Assembly (NCBI RefSeq): GCF_009914755.1
Contig: NC_060947.1
Direction: 5' to 3' (one strand)
Source of the DNA: the human T2T-CHM13v2.0 reference genome, Homo sapiens
Length of the DNA: 64,000 nucleotides
Positions within the stretch are counted from its first letter, which is position 1. The number at the start of each line of letters is the position of its first letter. The translations under genes and the position numbers were made by a program. This document shows, in pieces, positions 52,521 to 64,000 of this stretch. The notes beneath the pieces are model-generated. The model did not search any database. It had not been told where the DNA came from and saw nothing but the letters and a program-made list of their open reading frames with translations.

Positions 52521-55500
52521 CCTGGGAGTCAAAATTTTTAAGATCATAGCACTAAAGTTAAAGAGGCATAAACTGGTTTGTATGACACCAATTATATTCT
52601 AAGACATACACACATTGATAACTTCATAAAATAAGGAATAGTTTAATTGTGAAGTTTTGGAAGAAAATTTATATAAGTTATGCACTGGGTAGAAATGGAA
52701 AGGCTGAGAAAAATCAGTATTGCTGGTTGAAACTGTGGCTGCCTAAGTTTGCAATCCAAAAACCACCCAAACTATCTCTCTCATTGTGTTTCCATTGCCT
52801 GAAATGTGTAGAATTATGGGAACTGAGCAGATCACTTTGGGGACAATCATCTATGCCCCAGTTCAAAATCTCTTGTCAGGGCACACGGCATCTCTGAGCA
52901 CCAGCACGTGCATCACCAACCCAAAGCCAGGGAGGCAGGAGGAGGGAAAACATTTGAAAACTGACAGAAAGCTAAGAAACCCTCCACTCACTGGGCATTT
53001 GTTTCAGGTTACTACATAATGTAAACATGACAAAATGTATCCTGATCTGTTGTCCTCTTGTTTCTTTGATATGTGAGAGACAATAGAATAGAAAGCCACA
53101 TTGAAAGAAAAGAACTGCCAGTTTTACAATCTGATTATTGGCATTTTTTATTGGTGTTGTGTGTTAAGAAGTTGGGAATATTCTGTGTGGTGTCTGTGTG
53201 TGTGTGTGTGTGTGTTTGTGTGTGTTTAAAGGGAAAGAGAAGCAAACTGAGAGAGAGAGACAGTCAGAGACAGAGAGAGACAAAGAAGAAAAGAAATGCA
53301 ACAATCGTAGTGGACACCCAAACATATATCTCCAGAAACTCTTTCTCATACATCCACTAACATCCTTGGGAATCCCTGGTTTTTAACAAATGATAGTTAC
53401 TGATAGATATTTAATACCCTCCAGAATAACCTGCATTACGTGCAAATAGATATACTATTCATATGTACCTTTTTTACCCTTTATTTGCAATGGATCCTCC
53501 TTTCCCCGACTGCTTTATTTGGGACAGTCCACTCCTCCTGTATCAACTTTAGCATCTGAGTTCCAGAAAAAACGGGGAGAGGAGACCCCAGATTCGGGAT
53601 TTAAGAGGTTTTCACATAAGCACGAATCAGTACCTTTCACAGCAAATATATATGACATAAGGATATGCCTTTGCATCACAGTGGATATTTCTGCTTGCTA
53701 ACAAAGACAGTTGTCATTATATGAAATATTTATTCAAATATCCTTAACTCCACATCTTTCAGTATCTCCATGTGTACGTCAGAGCAGCCATTGGTCACCC
53801 TCTGCCTGATCTCTAGATACTGTTAGTTGACCAGGGAAAGTTACTGGTGAAGTAAAATTGCAGGACTTGCAAAGATTGCAACATTTCATGCATTTACCAA
53901 GACAGCTGGTATGTATTGCCTGGTGAATCTGAGAAATCAACGTGTAAGGAACTCACCAATTATGCAATCCCCTAAAAACCACACCAAGAGCAACAGCGAT
54001 TAAGCAGCCCTGAATCACTCTTTGTTGTCCACATATTTTTATGTAGTTTCATGCCTAACATAAATTTACCCAGTATAAAATAAACTTTGTTCCATCATTA
54101 GAGTTTAATTTTTGCAAAAGCATTAAAATTTTTTCCCTATTGTGTAGGAAAGTGAAGCATTTCTGCTTTATTGTATTTTTTCTAAAGACTTCCTTTTAAA
54201 TTGGCCTTTTCTTTGTCTTTATCACCCTGCAGTATTGAGAAAATTTTTATGCATTTAATATAAAAAGTTGTCATCTTCTCCCAGCGAACAAACTTCTATT
54301 TAACCAATCTTGTGTAGGACATCTGATGGACATGTGGAATGGAGTTAAATAATAGCTGGTGAGAAATTCCCAGATATTCAGGGTTTGTTGATGGGGGAAG
54401 GCAGGGAGCAGTGAGAACAAAAGTTGAACATTTCCACAAAAAAAGCATAGATGAATTTGACAAGGGTAATAATTCTGAAACTCATAGAGATGTCTGGATT
54501 AAAAAAAGAATATTTCATCAAATTTATCAGAGTAAGTTTAAATAGGTACTGTCATGCATCTTTTTGTTAAAAAAAAATCTGTCATTAAGTGGAGACTGAG
54601 GAAGAAAATCCAGAATTTTTTTCTGTAAATTTAAGAATAGCAAGTCCATCTCCTTAATACTATATACTCACAATTTCCTGCTTGACACTCATTAAGGGGT
54701 TTAGAAAGTGTTTCTGCCTGATGTCTGAGGAGGTTTGCTAAGCCTCTGAGCTATGTGGCTTTTGCAGACCACCTGAAATGCTTGACATATTACTGAAATA
54801 AGGTGAAAAATGGTTTTCCAAAGTAAAAAGCTCCTGAAGTTGGTAATGGAATATGAGTACTTGTACCATGTGGGCTCCCATTCAAAACTGCCATCTTATC
54901 CCTTCCCTAAAATATCTCTGCACATCATTCTCTTCTTCTTGCTGAGTCATGGTTTATTTAAGATTTGCCTACAGCAAACACAAGCAGCATTTCCCTATGT
55001 AGAAACCAGGTTGCAGAAAATGTAGAGATACAGGCTATCGCAGTTTTAATATAACCTGGCTGAGTTTCATTAGGTTCAGCCCGTGGGGCTCCCCTAGGTC
55101 AAACTGTAAAGTCAATGTTGCAAGCTACCTGAGCTAATTTGTTCATGCACAATTTTTAGGTTCATTTTAGATTACAGTTACCTACTGTTAGGTAAGGTAA
55201 CAGTAATCGCAGAAAAAGAAGGAGACCAGTGATAGTTTGTAATTCCTCCCCTCATCATGTGTGTCTCAGGCCCAAATGTGTTACACATATAGGCAGTCAT
55301 TCATCTGACTTCCACAGCAGACAGAAAACAGTTCATATGTCTCCTTCCATAAACTTGTGAGAGGTACAACTTCTATCATGTAGCTCTTTGCCTCTCAAGT
55401 CTTTAAGGACAAAACAAGTGGTGTTCTTTTATCTTTCTCAGTCAGCATCAGGTAATGAGAAATTTTCCTTAGTCCATGGCTGAGCGTAGGACTAAAGAGA

Positions 55501-57215
55501 CTTCAAGTTATGGGCACTGGAGCAGGTCAAAGGCATAGGCATTTCTGGATTTTTATACCTTCATCATGCCATTGTGAACATTTTCTCTAAACGATTTTAG
55601 CCAATTTGTATGTTTTGAATATTTTAATGTTATGGGCCAATGAGAGTTCATGCTAACATTCACCATGATGTAACTAGTAATTCCGTTCATGAATGTACTG
55701 CATTTCTGGCATGCTAATGACAAAAGGCTGTGTGGATTGAGATGTGAACAGCTGAAGAACTAAGATGTGGATTTTCTGATGCAGGTCTAGCAAACCACTC
55801 CAGGAATGTGGACATAAGGTTAAAACAATTTTATCCTCCTCAAACTGAAGCGCAGGTACATAATAGCATATTATCTATTCTATTTTCCTACCTCAATTTC
55901 CCTGTCAGCCAGATACATACCGTGCATTTGACATCACAGGATGGATGGGGTGGGCAAACCTGTCAGTTCTTGCTTTAAAATTTAATTACTGAAATATTAT
56001 TCAAATACTCAAAACCCTCATGAAATTGTTTTTGTTGATTTCTTCCTGGTGATGCTGTTTGTTTTGGTTATGATTTAGATTTCTACACCAGGGCCCTGGC
56101 AACTCTGAATGAGTAAGATGCATTTGCGTTTCATCAATACGAAAAGAATTACCCCTGGAACCCTGAGTTAACTGGCACTGTATGTCTAACTTATTCCACT
56201 GACATTATAATGTGTCTTTGAATTTGTGATACGATTGCATCACAATCGGTGTCTGATTATTTATAGAATTATCATAAAGCTGCAAAAGTAGAAAGAGGGT
56301 TTTACACTGCAGTGTTGTCGATAAGTGTTCCAAATAACAGTGAGGTAGTTTAATCAGTTATAGTATATCAATTAAGTTCAATCAATATTACACAACTGCT
56401 TGAAAATTAACTTCAGTCAATTTCCATATTAAAAACAGTAAATAAAGCAAGTTGCAGAGTAGTATAATTAATATGATGCCAATTTTGCAAAAAAAAAAAA
56501 AACACTAAAAAGAAATATGTGCAAATGAATAAATGTGTGTGTGTGGGTGGTAAAGTTGTAGAACTGCTGTTTGTAATTCAAGAAAGAGCTGGAGAAAATA
56601 CACAGAACACACTGATGGGGAAATTTCACTATATTATACATTTCCTTATTTTTAAAACTTTAAAGAGTAAACATATTTTAAAAGCAATATTTCAAAGAAC
56701 TTACTTAAATACTTTCACAAAGGAATTTAGGTATAATGAGCTGCAGGAAAGCAAAAAAAGTGCCCTATTTTGACTGAAAATAAATAATTTATCTTTTTTA
56801 TGCTGTTTTCTCTTACACATCATAAGAAAATATATAAATTGTGTGTGACAAGCTTAATTAACTACCTTTTCTAATTAGTACTTTAATGAATAGCCTTCTA
56901 AAGATATTGTTCCTTAACCCGAAAGAAAACTCTAAGTAAAATAGCGGCACATGAGAGGAAGAAGTTTTAGGAAGGCAGGTGGATAGTCATGTATTTTTTC
57001 ATGATATAAAGTAGTTCCTTATTCTTCTTAATCAGTTTGCCATATGATCCAATAATTAGTTCATTTTTAGGGCAAGGTTCTAGCAAGTTCGTGAATGTTA
57101 TACTTCACCACCATATTTTCCATAACTTACAATATTTTTTACAAAATTATTTTCTTCTAAAAATGCTTAAAATATTCACATTAATAATAAATTTCAGACC
57201 TCGGGGGGAGAATTT

Positions 57216-57385
57216 ATTTATTCATTTACTTATTTATTTACTTTATTTTATTTTTATTTATTTATTTATTTATTTGAGACGGAGTCTCCCTCTGTCGCCC
57301 AGGCTGGAGTGCAGTGGCGCGATCTCGGCTCACTGCAAGCTCCGCCTTCCCGGGTTCACGCCATTCTCCTGCCTCAGCCTCCCGA
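57216..57385 (-). mobile_element. 5'-truncated AluY (right-monomer piece) with (TTTA)n tail
   Basis: AluY-type gcaagctccgcc and ttcacgccattctc, CpGs intact; TSD gggagaattt at 57206-57215 and 57386-57395. Confidence 0.9.
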
Positions 57386-58837
57386 GGGAGAATTTTTTAT
57401 CTTTAAACAAAGATACAATAATTCTGTAGAATGTTCATTGTGGAAATAAGTTAAAATTGTGAATAATGCTTTTTGTAATGAGAGATTGGCTTTCAGAATC
57501 TAACAGATATTTTGGTAGACTTGTAATAAAGGCAGTGAAAAGATTTTGAAGCTCTCAGAAGAAATCTATTGACACTCCATTAACAGTCTGACTTCTTACA
57601 GTTCTTATTTAAGTAAATTACAATAATTCCTTCAGAATTTCAATTTTGTTTTCAACAGGTATATAGATTTGCCTTCATCGACATGCTAAGTTCTCAAATT
57701 TGAAATTCGCATATACACAGAAAACCTTGCACAGGTTGGATGGGTATCAAAAGCTATATTTTAACACCATATCCCTTTAAGATCTAAAAATGAGAATGTT
57801 AACTTGTTTTATATTAGGTTCCATGACATTTTCTGGAATATTCAATTCCATAAAAGTCAGCACAGCCATTTACATAAGACACAGGAGCTTAAAAAGAAAA
57901 AGCTAATTCTGATTTACTAAAATGTCAATGTCAATTTGAAATCCTATTAAGGTTGGAAAAGCAGTTCTTTGCCGTGGATACTAAAAAATGTGAGTCATTT
58001 CAAACTTTAAACATATTTTTACATTTTTGCGAACCCCTGAGGTATCCTGAAGAGGATTTATCACCTGAAACTCATACAACATTAAAAAATATATGATTTT
58101 GAACTGCTCAAACCGAGTTTTCAAGGATGTTCTTATTTCTACTGCATGTAAGAGGACATCTCTCTACGATATGTGATAAGCCAAACAAAGAAAAATTGAA
58201 CACATTCAGTCTCATTTCCCTTCATGGCATCTTATACCTGCTTTTTCCTGTTTTGAATGAGGTGGTTCTGTCTCCATGTTACTGTAAATGTGAATCATAA
58301 AGCTCATTTTGTGTTGAGTTCTAAGAGAAGGCAGTTACACACAGTCAAATGGGAAGAGACAGTACTTATCCATATTAGCTAGTAAAAAGATATAAACTAT
58401 TTGACATTAAGTATGTATGTATGTTTCCATAAAAAGGGCTATGGAGTCAAATGGATTCTAATAACGCCTAAACCTGCAGTCTCAAAACATACTCTGTTAA
58501 AGAACATGCATACTGCATGCATCATTGGGCAGAGCATCCTATAAGGCAGGTAGAGCTAAGGTCATTTTAGTCACTTTAAGACTCAAGACAACAAGTTCTG
58601 AGATATTTGGCAGCTTTCCAAGGTCTTATGAAGTCAGAGAGGAGACTTATAGCCAATGCATACCAACACTTTTGCAAAAAAGTCATGGAAGAATTAACTA
58701 TCACTATGTACGTTTGTTTTCTAGATGAATAATAACAAAGATAAAGTAAAATATGTACACCAAAAATGCACTTGCTATATTTTAATCAAAACAGTAGAAG
58801 AGTTTATTGATTTCTGTAGTTTTCCTATACTATCTCC

Positions 58838-59761
58838 TTTTCTGGGCTGAATGTTGGCATTCTCCCAAAATTCAACCTTGAAATCCTAAACTCCCTTCCC
58901 CCAGGAGATGGTATTAGGAGGTGGCATCTTTAAGAGGTTGTTAGATCATGAGGATGGAGTACTCGTGAATGAGGTTAGTGTCCTTCAAGAAAAGATCTCA
59001 AAGAGCTCCCTCACCCTTTTTCCATGTGAGGACACAGGGAGAAGTCACTGTCTGTGGACCAGGAAGTGGGTTGTCAACAGAGACTGAATCTTCTGCTGCC
59101 TTGATCTTGGGCTTCCAGCCTCCAGAACTGTGAGAAATAAATGTCTGTTGTTTATTACCCCCCCCCACCCCCACCCCCAGACTATGGTATTTTGTTATAG
59201 CAGTCTGAGTGGACTAAGACAGAAATTGGTACTGAGAGTGTGGTGTTAAGATAACAAATACCTAAAAATGCAGAAGCAGCTCTGGAACTGGGTAATAAGT
59301 AGAAGCCAGAAAAGTTTTGAAGTGTATGCTAGACACAGCCTACGTTGCCATGAATAGACCTTTGAAGGTGATTCTAGTGAGGGGAGGGCTCAGAAAAAAA
59401 AAGAGAAGAGCTGTACAGAAAGCCTCAATCATCTTAGGGAAAATCTATGCAATTTTGAACAGAATGACACTAGAAATATGGACAGGAAGCTCCATTTTTA
59501 TGAGCCGTCAGAGGCAAATGAGAAATATGCCATTGCACAATGAAAGAAAGGTGATCTTTGCTACAAAGTGGCAAAGAACTTGGCTGAACTGTGTTCATGT
59601 TTTAGTAATTTGTGGAAGGCAGATCGTGTGAGTGATAAAAGTAGATTTAGCTGAAGCTATTTCTAAGAAAAGTGTTGAAGGAATGGCTTGGTTCCTCCTG
59701 ACTGCTTAAAGTAAAATTTGAGAAGAAAAAGATGTATTAGCAGCCCGAACAGACCAAAACA
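58838..59761 (+). mobile_element. Internally deleted MLT1A-like MaLR provirus (5' LTR, start of internal region, 3' LTR tip)
   Basis: LTR ends gactaagaca (~59221); internal region begins gaaattggtactgagag; it ends agcagcccgaacagaccaaaaca; TSD tctcc at 58833-58837 and 59762-59766. Confidence 0.82.
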
Positions 59762-60722
59762 TCTCCTTCCCTCTAAGTAACATCTTCAAAACAACAAGGT
59801 AGGAGAATTTCATCTTAAGGCTAACACAACTAACTGTTCTTAATACTCAAATCCTGGGATTACTAGAAAGGTTCAGAGGAACCACACTAATTCCCCAATG
59901 ACTGGTCCTTGGAAAAGTTTAAAAGCCACTTGCATGTCGATTATCAATTCTGCTCACTAAACAAACAGAAAGGAGACCAGAACATTCAACTTTGCAGAGA
60001 TGTTCTCTTCACTAATTTTTAACTATTGAAGCCTAAGCCTAATTTGTAAAGTTCTGCTCAAATGCAAGAGTTTCCATGAAACATTCTCAAATTATCGTTT
60101 CTCTCCTTCTATAAAAAACCCAAGCATTTGCTCTTTCCTGCTTCGGAATATATTTACTTTTATTACTCTTAGTACTTTATTGTACATTCATTATAATATG
60201 GTCTATTTCTTGATGCCCCTGTATGGGAAAACAATGCAAAGTGTATGAGAGTTAAGAGAAAGGATGTAAAATTCAAAGACGACTTCAGGCAGTTCAGTGT
60301 ATTTAAGTTAGGTCTTGAGGAAGGTGTAAAGACTGGAGCCAGTCAGGGGTGGGTTATAAATGTTCAGGGAAGACTATCAACAGGATGAAACAGTGCACTC
60401 ACTCCCGAATAATTTGCTGGGTATGCAAAAATAAATGAGAAGAATTCTCCTCCTAAGATAAATTCTCCATTTAGATGGCTAGTAGTACATTTGACTGAGG
60501 AAAGTGTCTGACATAGATAATTAAAATACAATGCAAGGAGACAAAAATAATAGTAAATATACTATGTGAATACAGTGGTATTTATTCTATTCATAAGTAT
60601 TCTAAAAAAAGATTACAACTAAAATAAGAACTAGCCGACACAGAAAGAATGACAGGAAAAAAATGCAAGTAAAGTTAAATTTGAAAATTAATGCCCTCAA
60701 AGCATAATGCAATCTTGTTATT

Positions 60723-61047
60723 GCTTTTTATTTTATTTTACTCACTTGTTTTCTGAAACATGGTCTCACTCTGTCACCCAGGCTGAACTGCAGTGGCATG
60801 ATCATAGCTCAGCGTATCTTTGAACTCCTGGACTCCAGCAATCCTCCCAACTTAGCCTCTCGAGCAGCTGTGACTATAGGCACATGCCACCATGACTGGC
60901 TAATTTTTTCACTTTTTGTAGAGACAGGGTGGGGAGGGAGGGCTTGCTATGTGGTCCAAGCTAGTCTTGAACTCCTGGCCTCAAATGATCCTCCTGCCTT
61001 GGCCTCCAAAAGTACTGGGATTACAGGCATATGCCACCACCTGGCCC
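60723..61047 (-). mobile_element. Alu (AluJ-like)
   Basis: ggtctcactctgtcacccaggctg...gaactcctggcctcaaatgatcctcctgccttggcctcc; TSD tgctttttat. Confidence 0.88.
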
Positions 61048-64000
61048 ATGCTTTTTATCTTAAATGTGTATCGTTTCTAGTCAGATACAAGAGATAGCTC
61101 CTATAGCTTTACTAATGCTATGCAACTTCAAAAAGAAGAGAACCTCTTCTAGATAAGGTTTTCATCATAATAGTTAAAATGTATAAAATATGAGCTTTCC
61201 CTCCTTATCTATATGAAATCATCTAATATACATAGAACACGGAACAGGCATAAAGAAATGATACGCAACTGTCTTAGGTGGATCGTGGGGTAGTGAATAT
61301 ACATGCTAAGTTTAAAGAAAAGCTGGGCATTCAGAGAACACCCTATTAAATTGAATGGCTTATCAAAAGCAGAAAGAGCACCAAAACCTGTCATACACAC
61401 ACAATGAGCATCTAGAGTAGTTTGACACACCTGGTGATTAACAGTCATAATCAGGCAAGCACATGCAAGCATCAAACGTTTCATCTGCACATCCACCTGG
61501 TCTTATTTGGAGTTACTCTAAAGGCCCCACATGAGACAAGAAGTCGGGTGCAGGTAAATTACTTGGAAGGTGGGATAGTCAATAAATGGACCATGCACAA
61601 GTGTGTAACCAATGTGGCCAAGTTGGGCTCCATTCTTCTTGAAAACCTTGGAGGCACTCTATAGAATGTGCACATCTTCGAGGCACTCTATAGAATGTGC
61701 ACGCTTCAGTTATGCCTACACATGGCATGGTCCTCAGTAGCTTCAGAGAAAGCACTTCTAAGAGAGACTGTCAAGACACATTTATTCCAAGAGGAATGCT
61801 GATGAAATGATGGTGGAATGCAGTGTTTGGAACTGTCCGCTGTGCAGGTTCTGAAACCAGAGAACCCAGGAGATAAGGACAGACCACCATTCTTCCCAGC
61901 CACACTCCTTATGTGATAGGCATATTCTCATTGGATAAGAGATAAAATAGAAGCTGGAACTAGCTAAGCCACTGACACAAGGTGACACTTTTATTAAATG
62001 AGAAAACCTCATTTCAAAGTAAATGTTCTACAACTTCATGTAACACTGACCTCACTGGGCAACATATATATAAGTGGTTGGATATGTTCAACTTGAATGA
62101 GAGGAAAGTTTCTTTATGTGTTGCCCAAACCCCATAAAAAATCCAAGAAGCAGATCTTGGTAACTCTATCACTAGACTGCAACTTTAACATCATTTTCAT
62201 TTAGTAGAAAATGAATGTCTCATTGACGTTCCACCTTCAGGGAAACATGTCACAGTATAAAGAGAAACAAGTCACACATCGGGGTCCTTGCAAATGGTAT
62301 TGATCATTGATCAACTTCTCCATAGAAACAGATAAGATATGGCTTTGAAATTTTCTTTACAGTCATTAAAAACCATAGCATGTGTTCATTGGAGCTCCTG
62401 AAAAGGTAGAACATGACATATACTTTATTTATGCTTCATTGCAGTGAGAGCAATATTAAAGATAATATCCTCTCACAAAATAGTACAGACAGTTTGGCAA
62501 AGTACAGTAACAGACTATGAGTATGAATATGATGTTGAGTCATGTGTAAACTTAGCTTAAATATTAATAAACACTTAGTAAATTCATCACTTTGATTTCT
62601 TACTCATATGGCTTAACTTTTCAAGTTGTACTTTGCTGTTTTTTTACAAAGCTCTTCTGTTCCTGTGTCTCACAGGACATGAGAATTCACAGAGTGTGAT
62701 TTGTATTACATAGTCTGTAAATATTATGCTAAGCGCATATGTAGAATAGTCAATGACTACTGTAAACTGAACAATGAAAAGTAGTGTTTTACCTCGTACC
62801 ACTTTGCCTGTTATTATTAGTAAGTATACTTAAAACTGAAAAAATACAGACACATGTTATATGCTTTAATATCGTATTTAAATATCCTCCCCAAAGATGC
62901 TTTTCTGTGTTTAATCTTGAGGGAGATACAAGCATTGCAACTATACATAAAATGTTTACTGTAGTTTCATTGACTTGAGTAGAAGATAGGTCATTTTGTA
63001 AAATGTCCAAGGCTTCACTGCATTTCCAGAATGCAAATGAAAATCATTTGGGAAATTGGCTTTAACACAAACTGGATGTCAGGAAAGATTGTTTTGAAAC
63101 TTGATTACTTAAAACTTGGAAGAGGAAATACAGCTTTGTAACCAAACCTACACCAGATAGTAGATGACAACTCTGTAAGATCATTTCCATTTCTACTATT
63201 TCTATAAAATTCAGCATCAATGTACATTTTTCACCATTACCCTAAATACAGTAGGTGGGGTGGGAGCAAATGCAATAAAGATCCTTATCAGGCTGGGGAT
63301 AAATTTGGTCTGTTGTCTGAGAAAAAGCTAGCAAAGCCTGTAGTTGACAGAATGAGGCCATTTTATCATGGGGGGAAGAGATTAGATTCTACTGATGCAG
63401 GCATTGGATGCAATGTAGGTCTCACATTTACTCCTTTCTTGTGCCTCTATCCATGACAAAATACTAATGTTCACACCAAAATTTACTGAGGACTCATTTT
63501 TAAATATTTCAAAAATGATGGTCAGCGCAACTCCCTTTAAATTTTTATTGCACAGTTTATTTTTATGTTATTTTATTGGAATCAACCATCTAGGAACTAG
63601 AACATGCTTTGGATAGGAGCCCTAGGTAGGGGCAATATAGGAGAAAGGTGTCTCTTTTCTCTCTGTCTTGGCCCTGTCTGATTTTTCCTGCTGGTTCTGT
63701 AGCAGCACATGAGAGACCTCTTATAAAATCCTGAGACCACAAAGCTAAGGAAGGTGGAAGGAATTTAGTTAGAAGCTGAGTCATTCCACTACCTTTCTGC
63801 TTCTGTGCATGAACCTTTGCTGTCACATTGTCTTGCACTGGGGAGAAGGAAACTGGTAGCTGGGAAAATGCTTCTAGTCAAAGGTTATTTTTTTAATTTG
63901 CATCAGCAGTGCCATGCCGGGATGATGTGCACGGGAGAGAAGTATGGACACAGACTGGCTCCCTTTCCTTTAAGCCTCAAGAATATGCACAAAGAAAAGC

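Overview
Primate (human-like) genomic DNA from inside a neuroligin-4 gene transcribed on the minus strand. NLGN4X is the best call, but the peptides seen cannot exclude NLGN4Y. Two coding exons are visible: a complete 186-nt exon at 5298-5483 and the first 110 nt of the next exon at 1-110, separated by a 5187-nt GT-AG intron. From 5484 to 64000 I found no further exon; this is one very large intron filled with Alu, L1, L2/MIR, MaLR/ERV LTRs, hAT DNA transposons and microsatellites. Nearly all supplied ORFs are spurious translations of repeats. The most unusual unexplained structure is at about 34.2-36.3 kb: a ~700-bp degenerate telomere-like hexamer tract abuts a ~1-kb diverged inverted duplication, and a strong recursive-splice-type motif (pyrimidine tract-CAG|GTGAGT on the gene strand) lies ~250 bp away. 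Also notable are a CTCF-like motif, a second recursive-splice-type motif and several nested or atypical retroelement insertions. I found no evidence for a new protein-coding system. Repeat subfamily names come from recalled consensus sequences, and repeat boundaries are approximate.
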